From Kiritimatiellia bacterium (GTDB taxonomy: Bacteria > Verrucomicrobiota > Kiritimatiellia > RFP12 > UBA1067), in contig JAEDKA010000001.1 in assembly GCA_016296065.1 (NCBI GenBank), forward strand, positions 68,591 to 132,590: a stretch of 64,000 nucleotides of DNA, read 5' to 3'. Shown in pieces: positions 52,369 through 60,716 of the stretch. A program made the position numbers and the translations under genes. Numbering within the stretch: position 1 is the stretch's first letter; every line of letters begins with the position of its first letter. A model generated the notes under the pieces. It saw nothing but the letters and a program-made list of their open reading frames with translations, made no database searches and was not told the origin of the DNA.

Positions 52369-54423
52369 ATGAAAACTGTAAAAATCATGTTGGCGGGCGC
52401 GGCGGCTGTAGCTGTTGCGCAGGTTGTTGCGATGCCGGGCGCATCCCGGCGCGCAGAGGCGGAGGCCCAGGCCAAGGCGATCTTCGAGAAGCTTGCGCCC
52501 AACGACGCGGTCTCGCTGCTGATGATGGACAATCTCGAGATCAAGGACCCGGCGATTCCCCGTCACCACTGGTGGAACGAGGGACTTCACGGCGTAGCGC
52601 GCGCGGGCCTCGCGACGATGTTCCCGCAGACGATCGGGCGCGCCGCGACGTTTGACGCAGAACTGGAGCACAAGGTCGGAGACGTGGTATCCACCGAGGC
52701 GCGCGCCAAGCACAACCTCTTCCGCGCGAAGGGACTTCGCGGAATCTACACCGGCCTCACGTACTGGAGCCCCAACGTAAACATGTTCCGCGACGCCCAC
52801 TGGGGCCGCGGACAGGAGACTTTCGGCGAGGACCCGTACCTCGCCGGCGTCATGGGCACGGAGTTCGTCAAGGGCCTCCAGGGCGACGACCCGAAGTTCA
52901 TCAAGATCGCCGCGTGCGCCAAGCACTACGCCGTCCACTCGGGCCCCGAGAAGCTGCGCCACGAGTTCAACGTCGACCTCGACATGCGCGACCTCTACGA
53001 GTACTACCTTCCCGCGTTCAAGATGCTCGTCGTCGACGGGAAGTGCGAGCAGGTCATGGGAGCCTACTCGGCTGTCAACGGAATCCCGTGCTGCGCGAGC
53101 AAGTTTCTCCTCAGGGACGTCCTCCGCGGCGAGTGGGGCTTCCGCGGCACGGTCGTTAGCGACGTTGGCGCGGTCAACGACGTGTCCGCGAACCACAAGT
53201 ACACCAAGACCAAGGTCGAGGGGTGCCTCGCGACGATCGCGGGCGGACTCGACATCTGCAGCGAGGGCACGTACGACTGCCTGCGCGCCGAGGTGCGCGA
53301 GGGACGCGTCACGAAGGAGCAGCTGCGCGAGCCAGTGCTGAACATCCTCACGACTCGCATCCTTCTCGGCAACATCGGCGACGTGGAGACGCCGTGGGAC
53401 GGCCTCGGCGAAAATGACGTCGCGACGCCCGAGAACAAGGCGCTTGCGCTCCAGTGCGCCGACGAGTCGATGGTCCTCCTCAAGAACGACGGAATCCTCC
53501 CGCTCGATGTCTCCAAGCTCAAGGCAGTCCGCGTCTGGGGCCGAGAGGACGACGTCAAGCCGCTCGTCGGCAACTACGAGGGCTCCGCGAGCGTCTACAT
53601 GACGGCGCGCGCCGGCCTTGCCGCCGAGCTCGGTGCAGGCGTCGCCATCGAGGGCGACCACGCCGAATACAGCATCATGATCGCCGGACTCACCCCCGGC
53701 GATGAAGGCGAAGGGCACGACAAGCGTGACTGCAGCATGCACAAGAACCATCTGGAGCAGTTGAGGAAGTGGCAGGGCGAGCGCAAGCGCCGTCCGATCA
53801 TCACCGTCCTCTACGGCGGCAGCCCGATCGAGATCAAGGAGGTCTGCGAGCTTTCCGACGCGGTCATCTTCGCGTGGTATCCGGGCGAACAGGGCGGACG
53901 TGCCATCGCGCGCGTGATCACCGGAAAGGTCAATCCTGCGGGACGCCTTCCGATCACGTTCATGGAGAACTACGCGGAAGAGGCCGACCTCACGGACTAC
54001 AAGCTCCCCGGCCGCACCTACCTCTACGCGACGAAGAAGCCGCTCTTCCCGTTCGGCTACGGACTCAGCTACACGACATTCGGCTACGACGGGCTCAGGG
54101 TCTACAAGACGAAGGACGGAGTCGCCGCCACGGTCAAGGTGACGAACACCGGCAAGGTCGCCGGCGATGAAGTCGTCCAGCTCTACGTCCGTTCGCCCGA
54201 AGGCTCCGGCGACCGCCGTCTCCATCACCTCGAGGGCTTCAAGCGCGTGAGCCTCAAGCCGGGCGAGACGAAGAACGTGCCCTTCGCGCTCAAGCCCGAG
54301 CAGCTGATGCAGTTCGGCATGGACGGGAAGCAGTCGCTCGCGAAGGGCGAGTATACCGTATTCGTCGGCGGTGGCCAGCCCGGCTTCGCCGAGGGTGTTC
54401 TGTCCGCCAACCTCTCGTTCTAA
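52369..54423 (+). CDS. GH3 beta-glucosidase / beta-xylosidase (BglX-like), paralog set member 4
   Basis: The ORF-track start at 52126 is TTG, overlaps the previous CDS and runs through the promoter. ATG 52369 gives MKTVKIMLAGAAAVAVAQVVAMPGASRRAEAEAQ, which is collinear with the N-termini of the paralogs. Motifs are HHWWNEGLHGVARAGLATMFPQTIG and GTVVSDVGAV. Confidence 0.9.
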   Translation: MKTVKIMLAGAAAVAVAQVVAMPGASRRAEAEAQAKAIFEKLAPNDAVSLLMMDNLEIKDPAIPRHHWWNEGLHGVARAGLATMFPQTIGRAATFDAELEHKVGDVVSTEARAKHNLFRAKGLRGIYTGLTYWSPNVNMFRDAHWGRGQETFGEDPYLAGVMGTEFVKGLQGDDPKFIKIAACAKHYAVHSGPEKLRHEFNVDLDMRDLYEYYLPAFKMLVVDGKCEQVMGAYSAVNGIPCCASKFLLRDVLRGEWGFRGTVVSDVGAVNDVSANHKYTKTKVEGCLATIAGGLDICSEGTYDCLRAEVREGRVTKEQLREPVLNILTTRILLGNIGDVETPWDGLGENDVATPENKALALQCADESMVLLKNDGILPLDVSKLKAVRVWGREDDVKPLVGNYEGSASVYMTARAGLAAELGAGVAIEGDHAEYSIMIAGLTPGDEGEGHDKRDCSMHKNHLEQLRKWQGERKRRPIITVLYGGSPIEIKEVCELSDAVIFAWYPGEQGGRAIARVITGKVNPAGRLPITFMENYAEEADLTDYKLPGRTYLYATKKPLFPFGYGLSYTTFGYDGLRVYKTKDGVAATVKVTNTGKVAGDEVVQLYVRSPEGSGDRRLHHLEGFKRVSLKPGETKNVPFALKPEQLMQFGMDGKQSLAKGEYTVFVGGGQPGFAEGVLSANLSF

Positions 54424-54428
54424 GGAAA

Positions 54429-54500
54429 ATGAAAACGAGTCGCCTGTCCACTATCGTCGTGGCTGTCAAGCAGTCCGGATTCGAAGTCCGCATTCGCTGA
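54429..54500 (+). pseudogene. 23-codon minigene MKTSRLSTIVVAVKQSGFEVRIR-stop: apparent collapsed giant surface-protein gene (start fused to C-terminal tail)
   Basis: ATG 54429 lies 5 nt after the GH3 stop and AAGGA lies at 54422-54426. The last 30 nt (ccggattcgaagtccgcattcgctgacgga) differ at only 3 of 30 positions from the 3' end of CDS 7880-12421 (ccggattcgaagtgcgccttcgctgacggg). A strong terminator follows. Confidence 0.5.
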
Positions 54501-54523
54501 CGGACTCAAGCAGAAGGGGAAAC

Positions 54524-54560
54524 CGGCCGCGCGGCACATTTGCCGCGCGGCCGTATTTTT
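54524..54560 (+). terminator. Rho-independent terminator (twin of 7693-7727)
   Basis: A perfect 13-bp stem, cggccgcgcggca (54524-54536) with tgccgcgcggccg (54541-54553), encloses the loop catt and is followed by tattttt. It shares the 24-nt core CCGCGCGGCACATnTGCCGCGCGG with 7693-7716. Confidence 0.85.
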
Positions 54561-54645
54561 GTACGCGGCGTTGAAAATCGCGCAGCACGAAGGGAGGCAT
54601 TGCTGCGCCCAAGTCCGGTGATGTGTCAAAGTCGGCAGCTTGGCA

Positions 54646-54711
54646 CGGCGTATTTTTCACGGTGGATTTTGCGCAGAATTCACTGTTCCAGCTTCGCTCT
54701 TATGGTATAAT
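54646..54711 (+). promoter_or_regulatory. Promoter module copy 9, drives CDS 54741-57998 and the downstream operon
   Basis: Unit 1 is CGGCGTATTTTTCACG (54646-54661) and unit 2 is TTGCGCAGAATTCACT (54668-54683). A 32-nt spacer leads to TGgTATAAT (54703-54711). AAGGAG at 54727-54732 precedes ATG 54741. Confidence 0.6.
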
Positions 54712-54740
54712 CAAAGCAAAGAACAAAAGGAGCATTCATC

Positions 54741-57700
54741 ATGGGTAGAATTGACATTGCGGCGCTCGCGGCGCTCGCGGCGCTTCCGGTCATGGCGGGT
54801 TCTGTCGTGGACTTGTCCGGCAAAGGCTGGACGTGCGAGCAGAACGGGGTGACGAAGGAGGTGTCCGTTCCGGCGGACGTCGAGGAGTACTTCGCGGACA
54901 TGTCCGCGTACGCCGCGCCGAGGATCGACGCAAGCCAGCACGGATCGTGGATCGTCAGGCAGTGGCTCAAGTGCAAGGGCGAGTCGACATGGCGCAGGAA
55001 GTTCACCCTGAAATCCAAGCCGGCCGGCAAGCGCATCGTCCTCATGTTCGAGTCCACGAGGTATTTCGCCGACATCTTCGTGAACGGGAAGTTCGTGCAC
55101 CACGACGAGGCTCCTGACACGCCGTACGAGGTCGACATCACGGACGCGGCGAAGTCAGGCGAGAACGAACTCCTCGTCAAGATCGTCAACCCCGAAGGCG
55201 GCGACTACGACTGGCGGGACTTCAACACCTGCAAGTGGGAGGGCAAGCAAATCCCCGGCGGACGCGCAATGGGCGGACTCTCCGGACGCGTGAAACTCGA
55301 CGTGCGCGACATCGTCTCGATCGACGACGTATTCGTCCAGAACACGCCGGCGATCAGCGAGGTCGAGGTGTTCGTGTCCATCACCAATGCGGGAACCAAG
55401 GCGGAAAAGCGTCTGGTCAGGCTCGAGGTTGAGCCCAAAGGCGTCGTATTCTCGAAGGAGATGACGCTCCAGCCGGGACTTACGGTCGTGAGCGAAAAGG
55501 CGTCCGCTCCGGAGGCGAAGCTCTGGGACCTCGATAATCCCAACCTCTACAATGCAGTCGCGACGGCCGGCGGCGAAACCTTCCGGCGCGAGTTCGGCTA
55601 CCGCTGGATCGCGCCGGAGGGAATCGGAACCAACGCAGTCCTCCGGCTCAACGGAAAGCGAATAGTCGTCCGCACCGCCATCGGCTGGGGGTGGTATATG
55701 GGAAGCGGAACCGTCCCAAGCGACGAAGACGCGCGCCGCGAAGTCGCGACGGCCAAGGCTCTCGGACAGAACGGAATAAGCTTCCACCGGCACAACGGCC
55801 AGGAGAACATCCTCCGCGAGGCCGATCGCAACGGCCTTCTCATATACGCGGAACCAGGCGCCTTCCAGGGCGGCCGGCATTCGGATATCGGACGGCGCAT
55901 AGCGCTTGAGCGCGTGCGCAGGTGGGTGAAGGCGTTCCGCAGCCATCCCTCGCTCTTCCACTACAACCTCATCAACGAGTTCAGCGACACGTGCGACGAC
56001 GCGACGCGCAAGTTCTTCCTTGACGGCGTGAGGCTCGTCCATGAGCTCGATCCTTCACGCACGGTGACGCTCATGAGCGCGTGGGGCAAAGACGGCATCA
56101 ACGTCAGGCATTTCCCGAAGACCCACATGCGCCCGTTCGATCCGGAGCTGTACGAGTCCGGCTGGCGCGACTTCCATCGCGCAGGCGGACCGGTGATCGG
56201 CTGGAGCGCCGGAGCGTACCGCAACAAGGACGCGTACAACAACAGGTCCTCGAACCTCGAGGAGATAGTGTACTGGGGTGAGGAGAGTGCCTTTACGGCT
56301 CCGCCGCGGCTGCAGCTCATCGTCGACGAACTTGACCGCCGCGGGCGCGACGGAACGGACGGCAGGGTGTTCCGCGTCTGGGCGGACATGGTGAACAAGT
56401 ACCTCGACAGAAAGGGGCTGCGGGGGACGTATCCCACGCTCGACGCTTTCTGCCTCGACCTCGGGCGGCAGAGCCTGCTGCACCAGGGCCGCAACATCGA
56501 GCTAGTCCGGATGGACGACGTTGCGGACGGCTACGCAATCAACGGCTGGGAGTCGATGGTCGTGGAGAACAACTCCGGCATCGTCGACACGATGCGCAAT
56601 CCCAAGGGCGAGCCGAAGTGGCTTGCCAAGTACAATGCTCCGCTCAAACTCTGCGTCAATTCCAACCAGTCGAGGGTGAGAAAGGGCCAGAACATTTCGG
56701 TGGACGTCCACATAATCAACGAGGTCGACCTCAAGGGGCCCCAGAAACTCGTCGTGGAGCTGTGGAATCTCGATGGCGGGGAACGCAAACTCGCCGAGGA
56801 GCGGCGCGACGTCTCGGTGACTGGCGGAGAGCGCTTCGGGGAATTCCTCTCCGAAAAGATATCGTTCAACGTTCCGTTCGCCGGCGAGGGCGAGGTGCGC
56901 GCGCACCTGGAAGGCGTGAAGGATGCGACGGGCGACTTCCCGTTCACTTCGTTCGACCTCGCCATTCCCGAATTCCCCGCCGGATACAAAATCGCCGTGG
57001 CCGAGGCTGGAGACACCATTCTCAAATGGCTCCGCGGACAGAAGCTTCCGTGCGAAACCTACAAGCCCGGAGTAAAGGCCGACGTCGTGATCGTCTCCCG
57101 CCCGCCCGGCGCGCTGCCGGCGGTTCCGGACGCACAAAGCCTCGTTGGACAGCGCGGCACGCCGGGCGTGGTCGACGTCAGGTGGTACGTGGGCGAGAAG
57201 CTGGCGGCGGAGGATACCCGGAATTCTCTCGAAGTGGAATTTCCGCAGGGGGTTCCGCCCGCGAAAGGCGTAGATCTTACGACCGGTTATTCCGTCTGCG
57301 TCGCTGGCTGCTACGTCGCGAGGTGGGACGGACGCTACCGCTTCAGGATCGAAGGGCCCGACCGCAACGCCGACAAGCTAAAGTTCTTCTGGAACGGCGA
57401 TGACGTGAAGTTCGACAGCGACGGCTACATGTCGGTTGAACTCAAGGCGGGAGATTCGATTCCGTTCTACATTACCATGACACAGCGGCGCGCGAAGAAA
57501 CTGAGCGTCATCGCCGAGACCCCGGAGCCGGTCGAGGACTTTAATCCCGACGAGCTTGTCGCATGCGCAAAGAACGACGGCGCGCGGGTCGTGTTCGTCG
57601 ACAACGTCAAGGTGTGGATGCCTGTTGTCGCAGACCTGGTCGGCGTCAAGTACGACGGATGGTTCCATATCGGGCAGAGCTGGCTCGGCGGCGCGTTCTT

Positions 57701-57998
57701 CAAGAAGAAAGGCGATCCTCTCCTGGCTGGCTTCCCCACAGGAGCCGTCAACGAGGCCTACGAGGAGATTGCCGGGCACGGCAGCCGCTACGGACTCTTC
57801 CTCGAAGGCGAGGATCTCGCGATGGGAGCGTGGCAGTGCGAGAACTGCAAACTCGGCACCGTCGTGGGACGCATTCCCTGCGGCAAGGGCGAGGTTGTCG
57901 TTTCCACGCTGAATCTGGTCAAAAGCCTCAATACATACGGCGGCACGCGCTATTTCTACAATCTTCTCACGCGCTCCGGCGCCGTTTCGCGCAAGTAA
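54741..57998 (+). CDS. GH2-like glycosidase with a PA14-like insert and a C-terminal amidotransferase-like fold domain
   Basis: 1085-aa ORF with the signal MGRIDIAALAALAALPVMAGS. The GH2 sugar-binding-domain pattern is RKFTLKSKPAGKRIVLMFESTRYFADIFVNGKFV...YEVDITD. A TIM-barrel stretch reads GISFHRHNGQENILREADRNGLLIYAEPG. A PA14-like stretch reads YRFRIEGPDRNADKLKFFWNGDDV. Subfamily and specificity are unknown. Confidence 0.8.
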   Translation: MGRIDIAALAALAALPVMAGSVVDLSGKGWTCEQNGVTKEVSVPADVEEYFADMSAYAAPRIDASQHGSWIVRQWLKCKGESTWRRKFTLKSKPAGKRIVLMFESTRYFADIFVNGKFVHHDEAPDTPYEVDITDAAKSGENELLVKIVNPEGGDYDWRDFNTCKWEGKQIPGGRAMGGLSGRVKLDVRDIVSIDDVFVQNTPAISEVEVFVSITNAGTKAEKRLVRLEVEPKGVVFSKEMTLQPGLTVVSEKASAPEAKLWDLDNPNLYNAVATAGGETFRREFGYRWIAPEGIGTNAVLRLNGKRIVVRTAIGWGWYMGSGTVPSDEDARREVATAKALGQNGISFHRHNGQENILREADRNGLLIYAEPGAFQGGRHSDIGRRIALERVRRWVKAFRSHPSLFHYNLINEFSDTCDDATRKFFLDGVRLVHELDPSRTVTLMSAWGKDGINVRHFPKTHMRPFDPELYESGWRDFHRAGGPVIGWSAGAYRNKDAYNNRSSNLEEIVYWGEESAFTAPPRLQLIVDELDRRGRDGTDGRVFRVWADMVNKYLDRKGLRGTYPTLDAFCLDLGRQSLLHQGRNIELVRMDDVADGYAINGWESMVVENNSGIVDTMRNPKGEPKWLAKYNAPLKLCVNSNQSRVRKGQNISVDVHIINEVDLKGPQKLVVELWNLDGGERKLAEERRDVSVTGGERFGEFLSEKISFNVPFAGEGEVRAHLEGVKDATGDFPFTSFDLAIPEFPAGYKIAVAEAGDTILKWLRGQKLPCETYKPGVKADVVIVSRPPGALPAVPDAQSLVGQRGTPGVVDVRWYVGEKLAAEDTRNSLEVEFPQGVPPAKGVDLTTGYSVCVAGCYVARWDGRYRFRIEGPDRNADKLKFFWNGDDVKFDSDGYMSVELKAGDSIPFYITMTQRRAKKLSVIAETPEPVEDFNPDELVACAKNDGARVVFVDNVKVWMPVVADLVGVKYDGWFHIGQSWLGGAFFKKKGDPLLAGFPTGAVNEAYEEIAGHGSRYGLFLEGEDLAMGAWQCENCKLGTVVGRIPCGKGEVVVSTLNLVKSLNTYGGTRYFYNLLTRSGAVSRK

Positions 57999-58015
57999 AG
58001 AAAGGAGAACGAGAC

Positions 58016-58567
58016 ATGAAATTCCGCAAAGCAGTTCTTTCCGCGTTGATTGCCGCCGCAGCCTCTGCGGCGGCGGCGGACCAGGCCTCGCCGCGCCTCA
58101 TCGGGCGCTTTTTCAGCGAGAAGAGCTCCCGGGAGGAGCACAGGCTCGGCATCGCCGCGTTCGCGGACATAGACCTTTCCGGCGAGAGCGAGGATTCGCT
58201 TGAACTCGCCGGGGAGATCAGGGTCGATTGTCTGCATCCGAATGCGCCCAAGGACTCCGCCTGGATGAAAAAGATATGCAACGGCAGCTTCTCCATCGCC
58301 GGGACGGACGGCAAGTATATGCGGGTCGCGCCGATGGGGTGCGGCTTCGGCGTGCTCGCCGGATGCGACATGGCCGGCGAGTGGTTTCCCGTCAGCCTCA
58401 AGATCCCCCTGTCGCAGCTGAAAGGCTCGAGAATCACTAAACTCGAATTATTCATGTACAACGATACCGCGGCGTACGCGCAGCATGCGGACGACGGCAA
58501 CAAGTGGAACAACGGTTCCGGAATAAAGCTGCGTGCGCGCAATTTCCGCGTGCAGGCGGTCAGGTAA
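58016..58567 (+). CDS. Small secreted protein consisting of one copy of the uncharacterised domain found at the C-terminus of GH3 16789-21090
   Basis: ATG 58016 follows AAAGGAG (57999-58005). The signal peptide is MKFRKAVLSALIAAAASAAAA. It aligns with residues of 20578-21087: DLSGESED vs DLSGQEDY, HPNAPKDSAWMKKICNG vs HPNPPRGNAWLKYIVNG, GEWFPVSLKIPLSQLKGSRITKLELFMYND vs GEWMTMTHKIPSARLNGARLTRFETYMFND, and DGNKWNNGSGIK vs DGNTWNNDTGVK. The ORF-track 5' extension to 57563 overlaps the previous CDS. Confidence 0.8.
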   Translation: MKFRKAVLSALIAAAASAAAADQASPRLIGRFFSEKSSREEHRLGIAAFADIDLSGESEDSLELAGEIRVDCLHPNAPKDSAWMKKICNGSFSIAGTDGKYMRVAPMGCGFGVLAGCDMAGEWFPVSLKIPLSQLKGSRITKLELFMYNDTAAYAQHADDGNKWNNGSGIKLRARNFRVQAVR

Positions 58568-58612
58568 AGTCAACTGGGTGCCATTGCGAACAGTGATAGC
58601 ACGGGGAGCTCT

Positions 58613-60634
58613 ATGGAAACGAAGACGATTTGCGCCGGGATGCTTCCGCTCGGCCTGGTTGGCCTTGCCTCGCTGAGGCTGCTAGCTGCGGAGCCGCGCG
58701 TCATAGAGTTTGCGTCCGGCGTGACGCGGCTTGACGCGCCGATCGTCCTCGGTCCGGAAGACTCGGGGACGATCCTGCGCGGCGCGGCCGACGGCTCGAG
58801 CGTCGTCTCCGGCGCGCGGGAACTGAAGGGCCTCGTCTTCGCGCCTGACGGACGCGGCGCATTTGCCGCGCCGTGCGAGGAAGGGCCGACGGATCAGCTG
58901 TTCGTGGACGGAGTCAGGTATGACATGGCACGATTTCCGAACAGGACAGAGGGGAAGAATGTATACGGGACGTGGTCGCTCGACGAGAGCCGCGCGTATG
59001 CGCCCGAGAAGGACGCGCTTCTCCCCGGTCGCGTTGCGAAATGGGCTCGTCCCGAGACAGGCTGGCTCCATGCGATGCATGAAGCCCTCTGGGGCGACAT
59101 GCACTGGAAGATCGACGGCGTCGGCGAAGACGGAAAGCTCAAGCTGACCGGCGGGTGGCAGAACAACCGAAGCTCTGCCCCCCATAAGGTGTTCAGGTAC
59201 GTGGAGAACATCCGCGAGGAACTGGACAGCCCCGGCGAGTGGTTCTACGATGCCGCTGAAAGAAAGCTCCACGTCGTTCCTCTCCCCGGCACAGACCTGG
59301 CGAAGGCCCGCATAGAGTCTGTGGAGCTGCGCTCCCTCGTCGTCGCGAGGGGAAACGAAGGCAGACCGGTGCGCGGAATCGTCGTCGAGAATTTGTGCTT
59401 CACCGGAGCGGCCCGGACATTCATGGAGAACAGGGAGCCGCTTCTCAGGAGCGACTGGACGCTCTGCCGCGAGGCGGCGGTGACGTTTGAGAATGCCGAG
59501 GACTGTCATGTCCGGAACTGCTCGTTCCGCAGTCTTGGCGGAAACGCCGTGCTTGTGGACGGCCATGCGAAGAACGTGTCCGTAACAGGCGCGACGTTTG
59601 AGGACATCGGCGCGAGCGGCGTCATTTTCGCCGGCCGGCCCGACTGCGTGAGAAGCCCGCTGTTCAACTACTCCTCTGCATACAACGCCTCGAAGATGGA
59701 TCTGGCCGTGCGCGGTCCGAAGAGCGAGAGTTATCCGCGCGACTGCCACGTTGAGTCGTGTCGCTTCCTGCGCACCGGTCGCGACGAGAAGCAGACTGCG
59801 GCCGTTCAGATCACGATGGCGGCGAGGATATCAGTGCTCAGGTGCTTCATCCGCCGCACGCCCCGCGCGGCGATAAACATCGGCGACGGATGCTTCGGCG
59901 GACACTTGATCGAGGGGTGCGACGTCGCGGAGACGGTGCTTGAGACAGGCGACCACGGTGCGTTCAACAGCTGGGGACGCGACCGCTACTGGCAGCCTAG
60001 CATCCCGAACTTCGAGAAGGAGGTTCTGAAGAACACGGAGCTTCCCTTCCTCGACGCGGTGGAGCCGACGGTCATAAGGGGCAACAGGTGGCGGTGCGAC
60101 CACGGCTGGGACGTCGATCTCGACGACGGCTCGTCAAACTACATAATCGAGGACAACGACTTTCTCGCCGGCGGCCTCAAGCTGCGGGAAGGGTATCGGC
60201 GCATAGTTCGCAGCAACCGCGCGCTGTCCAACACGCTGCACCGCCACTGCTGGCCGGCAAAGTGCGGCGACGTCGTCGTCTCGAACGTGTTCGCGCGTCC
60301 GTTCGCGGACATCGGGCTTCGCTGTGCGGAAGGAGACGCGACGATCAGGGACAACATCTTCCTGTCGGGCGAGCGCCGCGGCGCCAAGCCGACGTTCGAG
60401 TGGAAGGGCGGACGCGTCCGCGAGTTCGACGGCCCGTTCGAGTTCTCTGCCTTCGGCGTGACTCCGGAGACGGTCGGAATCGTCGTCGTAGTGCCGCCTG
60501 CCGGAACTCCGTTCGAAGCTGGCGACCTTATTCCCGACGTAACGCGCGAGACGCTGCCGGAGATTCCGCTGAAGGGCGGTGTAGAGGTCGTCCGAACGCA
60601 GAGACGCCTTGTGTTGCGCGATTTTCACGATTGA
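58613..60634 (+). CDS. Secreted right-handed parallel beta-helix protein (pectin-lyase fold, glycosidase or lyase candidate)
   Basis: 673-aa ORF. GGGGAG precedes the ATG and a signal-like N-terminus is present. Beta-helix repeat stretches read VENLCFTGAART, NCSFRSLGGNAVLVDG and VTGATFEDIGASGVIF. Its last codons (LRDFHD-stop) overlap promoter module copy 10. Confidence 0.8.
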   Translation: METKTICAGMLPLGLVGLASLRLLAAEPRVIEFASGVTRLDAPIVLGPEDSGTILRGAADGSSVVSGARELKGLVFAPDGRGAFAAPCEEGPTDQLFVDGVRYDMARFPNRTEGKNVYGTWSLDESRAYAPEKDALLPGRVAKWARPETGWLHAMHEALWGDMHWKIDGVGEDGKLKLTGGWQNNRSSAPHKVFRYVENIREELDSPGEWFYDAAERKLHVVPLPGTDLAKARIESVELRSLVVARGNEGRPVRGIVVENLCFTGAARTFMENREPLLRSDWTLCREAAVTFENAEDCHVRNCSFRSLGGNAVLVDGHAKNVSVTGATFEDIGASGVIFAGRPDCVRSPLFNYSSAYNASKMDLAVRGPKSESYPRDCHVESCRFLRTGRDEKQTAAVQITMAARISVLRCFIRRTPRAAINIGDGCFGGHLIEGCDVAETVLETGDHGAFNSWGRDRYWQPSIPNFEKEVLKNTELPFLDAVEPTVIRGNRWRCDHGWDVDLDDGSSNYIIEDNDFLAGGLKLREGYRRIVRSNRALSNTLHRHCWPAKCGDVVVSNVFARPFADIGLRCAEGDATIRDNIFLSGERRGAKPTFEWKGGRVREFDGPFEFSAFGVTPETVGIVVVVPPAGTPFEAGDLIPDVTRETLPEIPLKGGVEVVRTQRRLVLRDFHD

Positions 60635-60678
60635 TTTTGCGTTATTCTGCGCTCAAGCGCAGATTTCTTTGGTATAAT
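60614..60678 (+). promoter_or_regulatory. Promoter module copy 10 (overlaps the 3' end of CDS 58613-60634), drives CDS 60717-62030 and the downstream operon
   Basis: Unit 1 is TTGCGCGATTTTCACG (60614-60629) and unit 2 is TTGCGTTATTCTGCGC (60636-60651). A 31-nt spacer leads to TGgTATAAT (60670-60678). The stop codon of the upstream CDS (60632-60634) lies between the two units. Confidence 0.55.
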
Positions 60679-60716
60679 GTTCCCATAAACTAAAAAAATG
60701 GGATCGGAGAGTCCAC

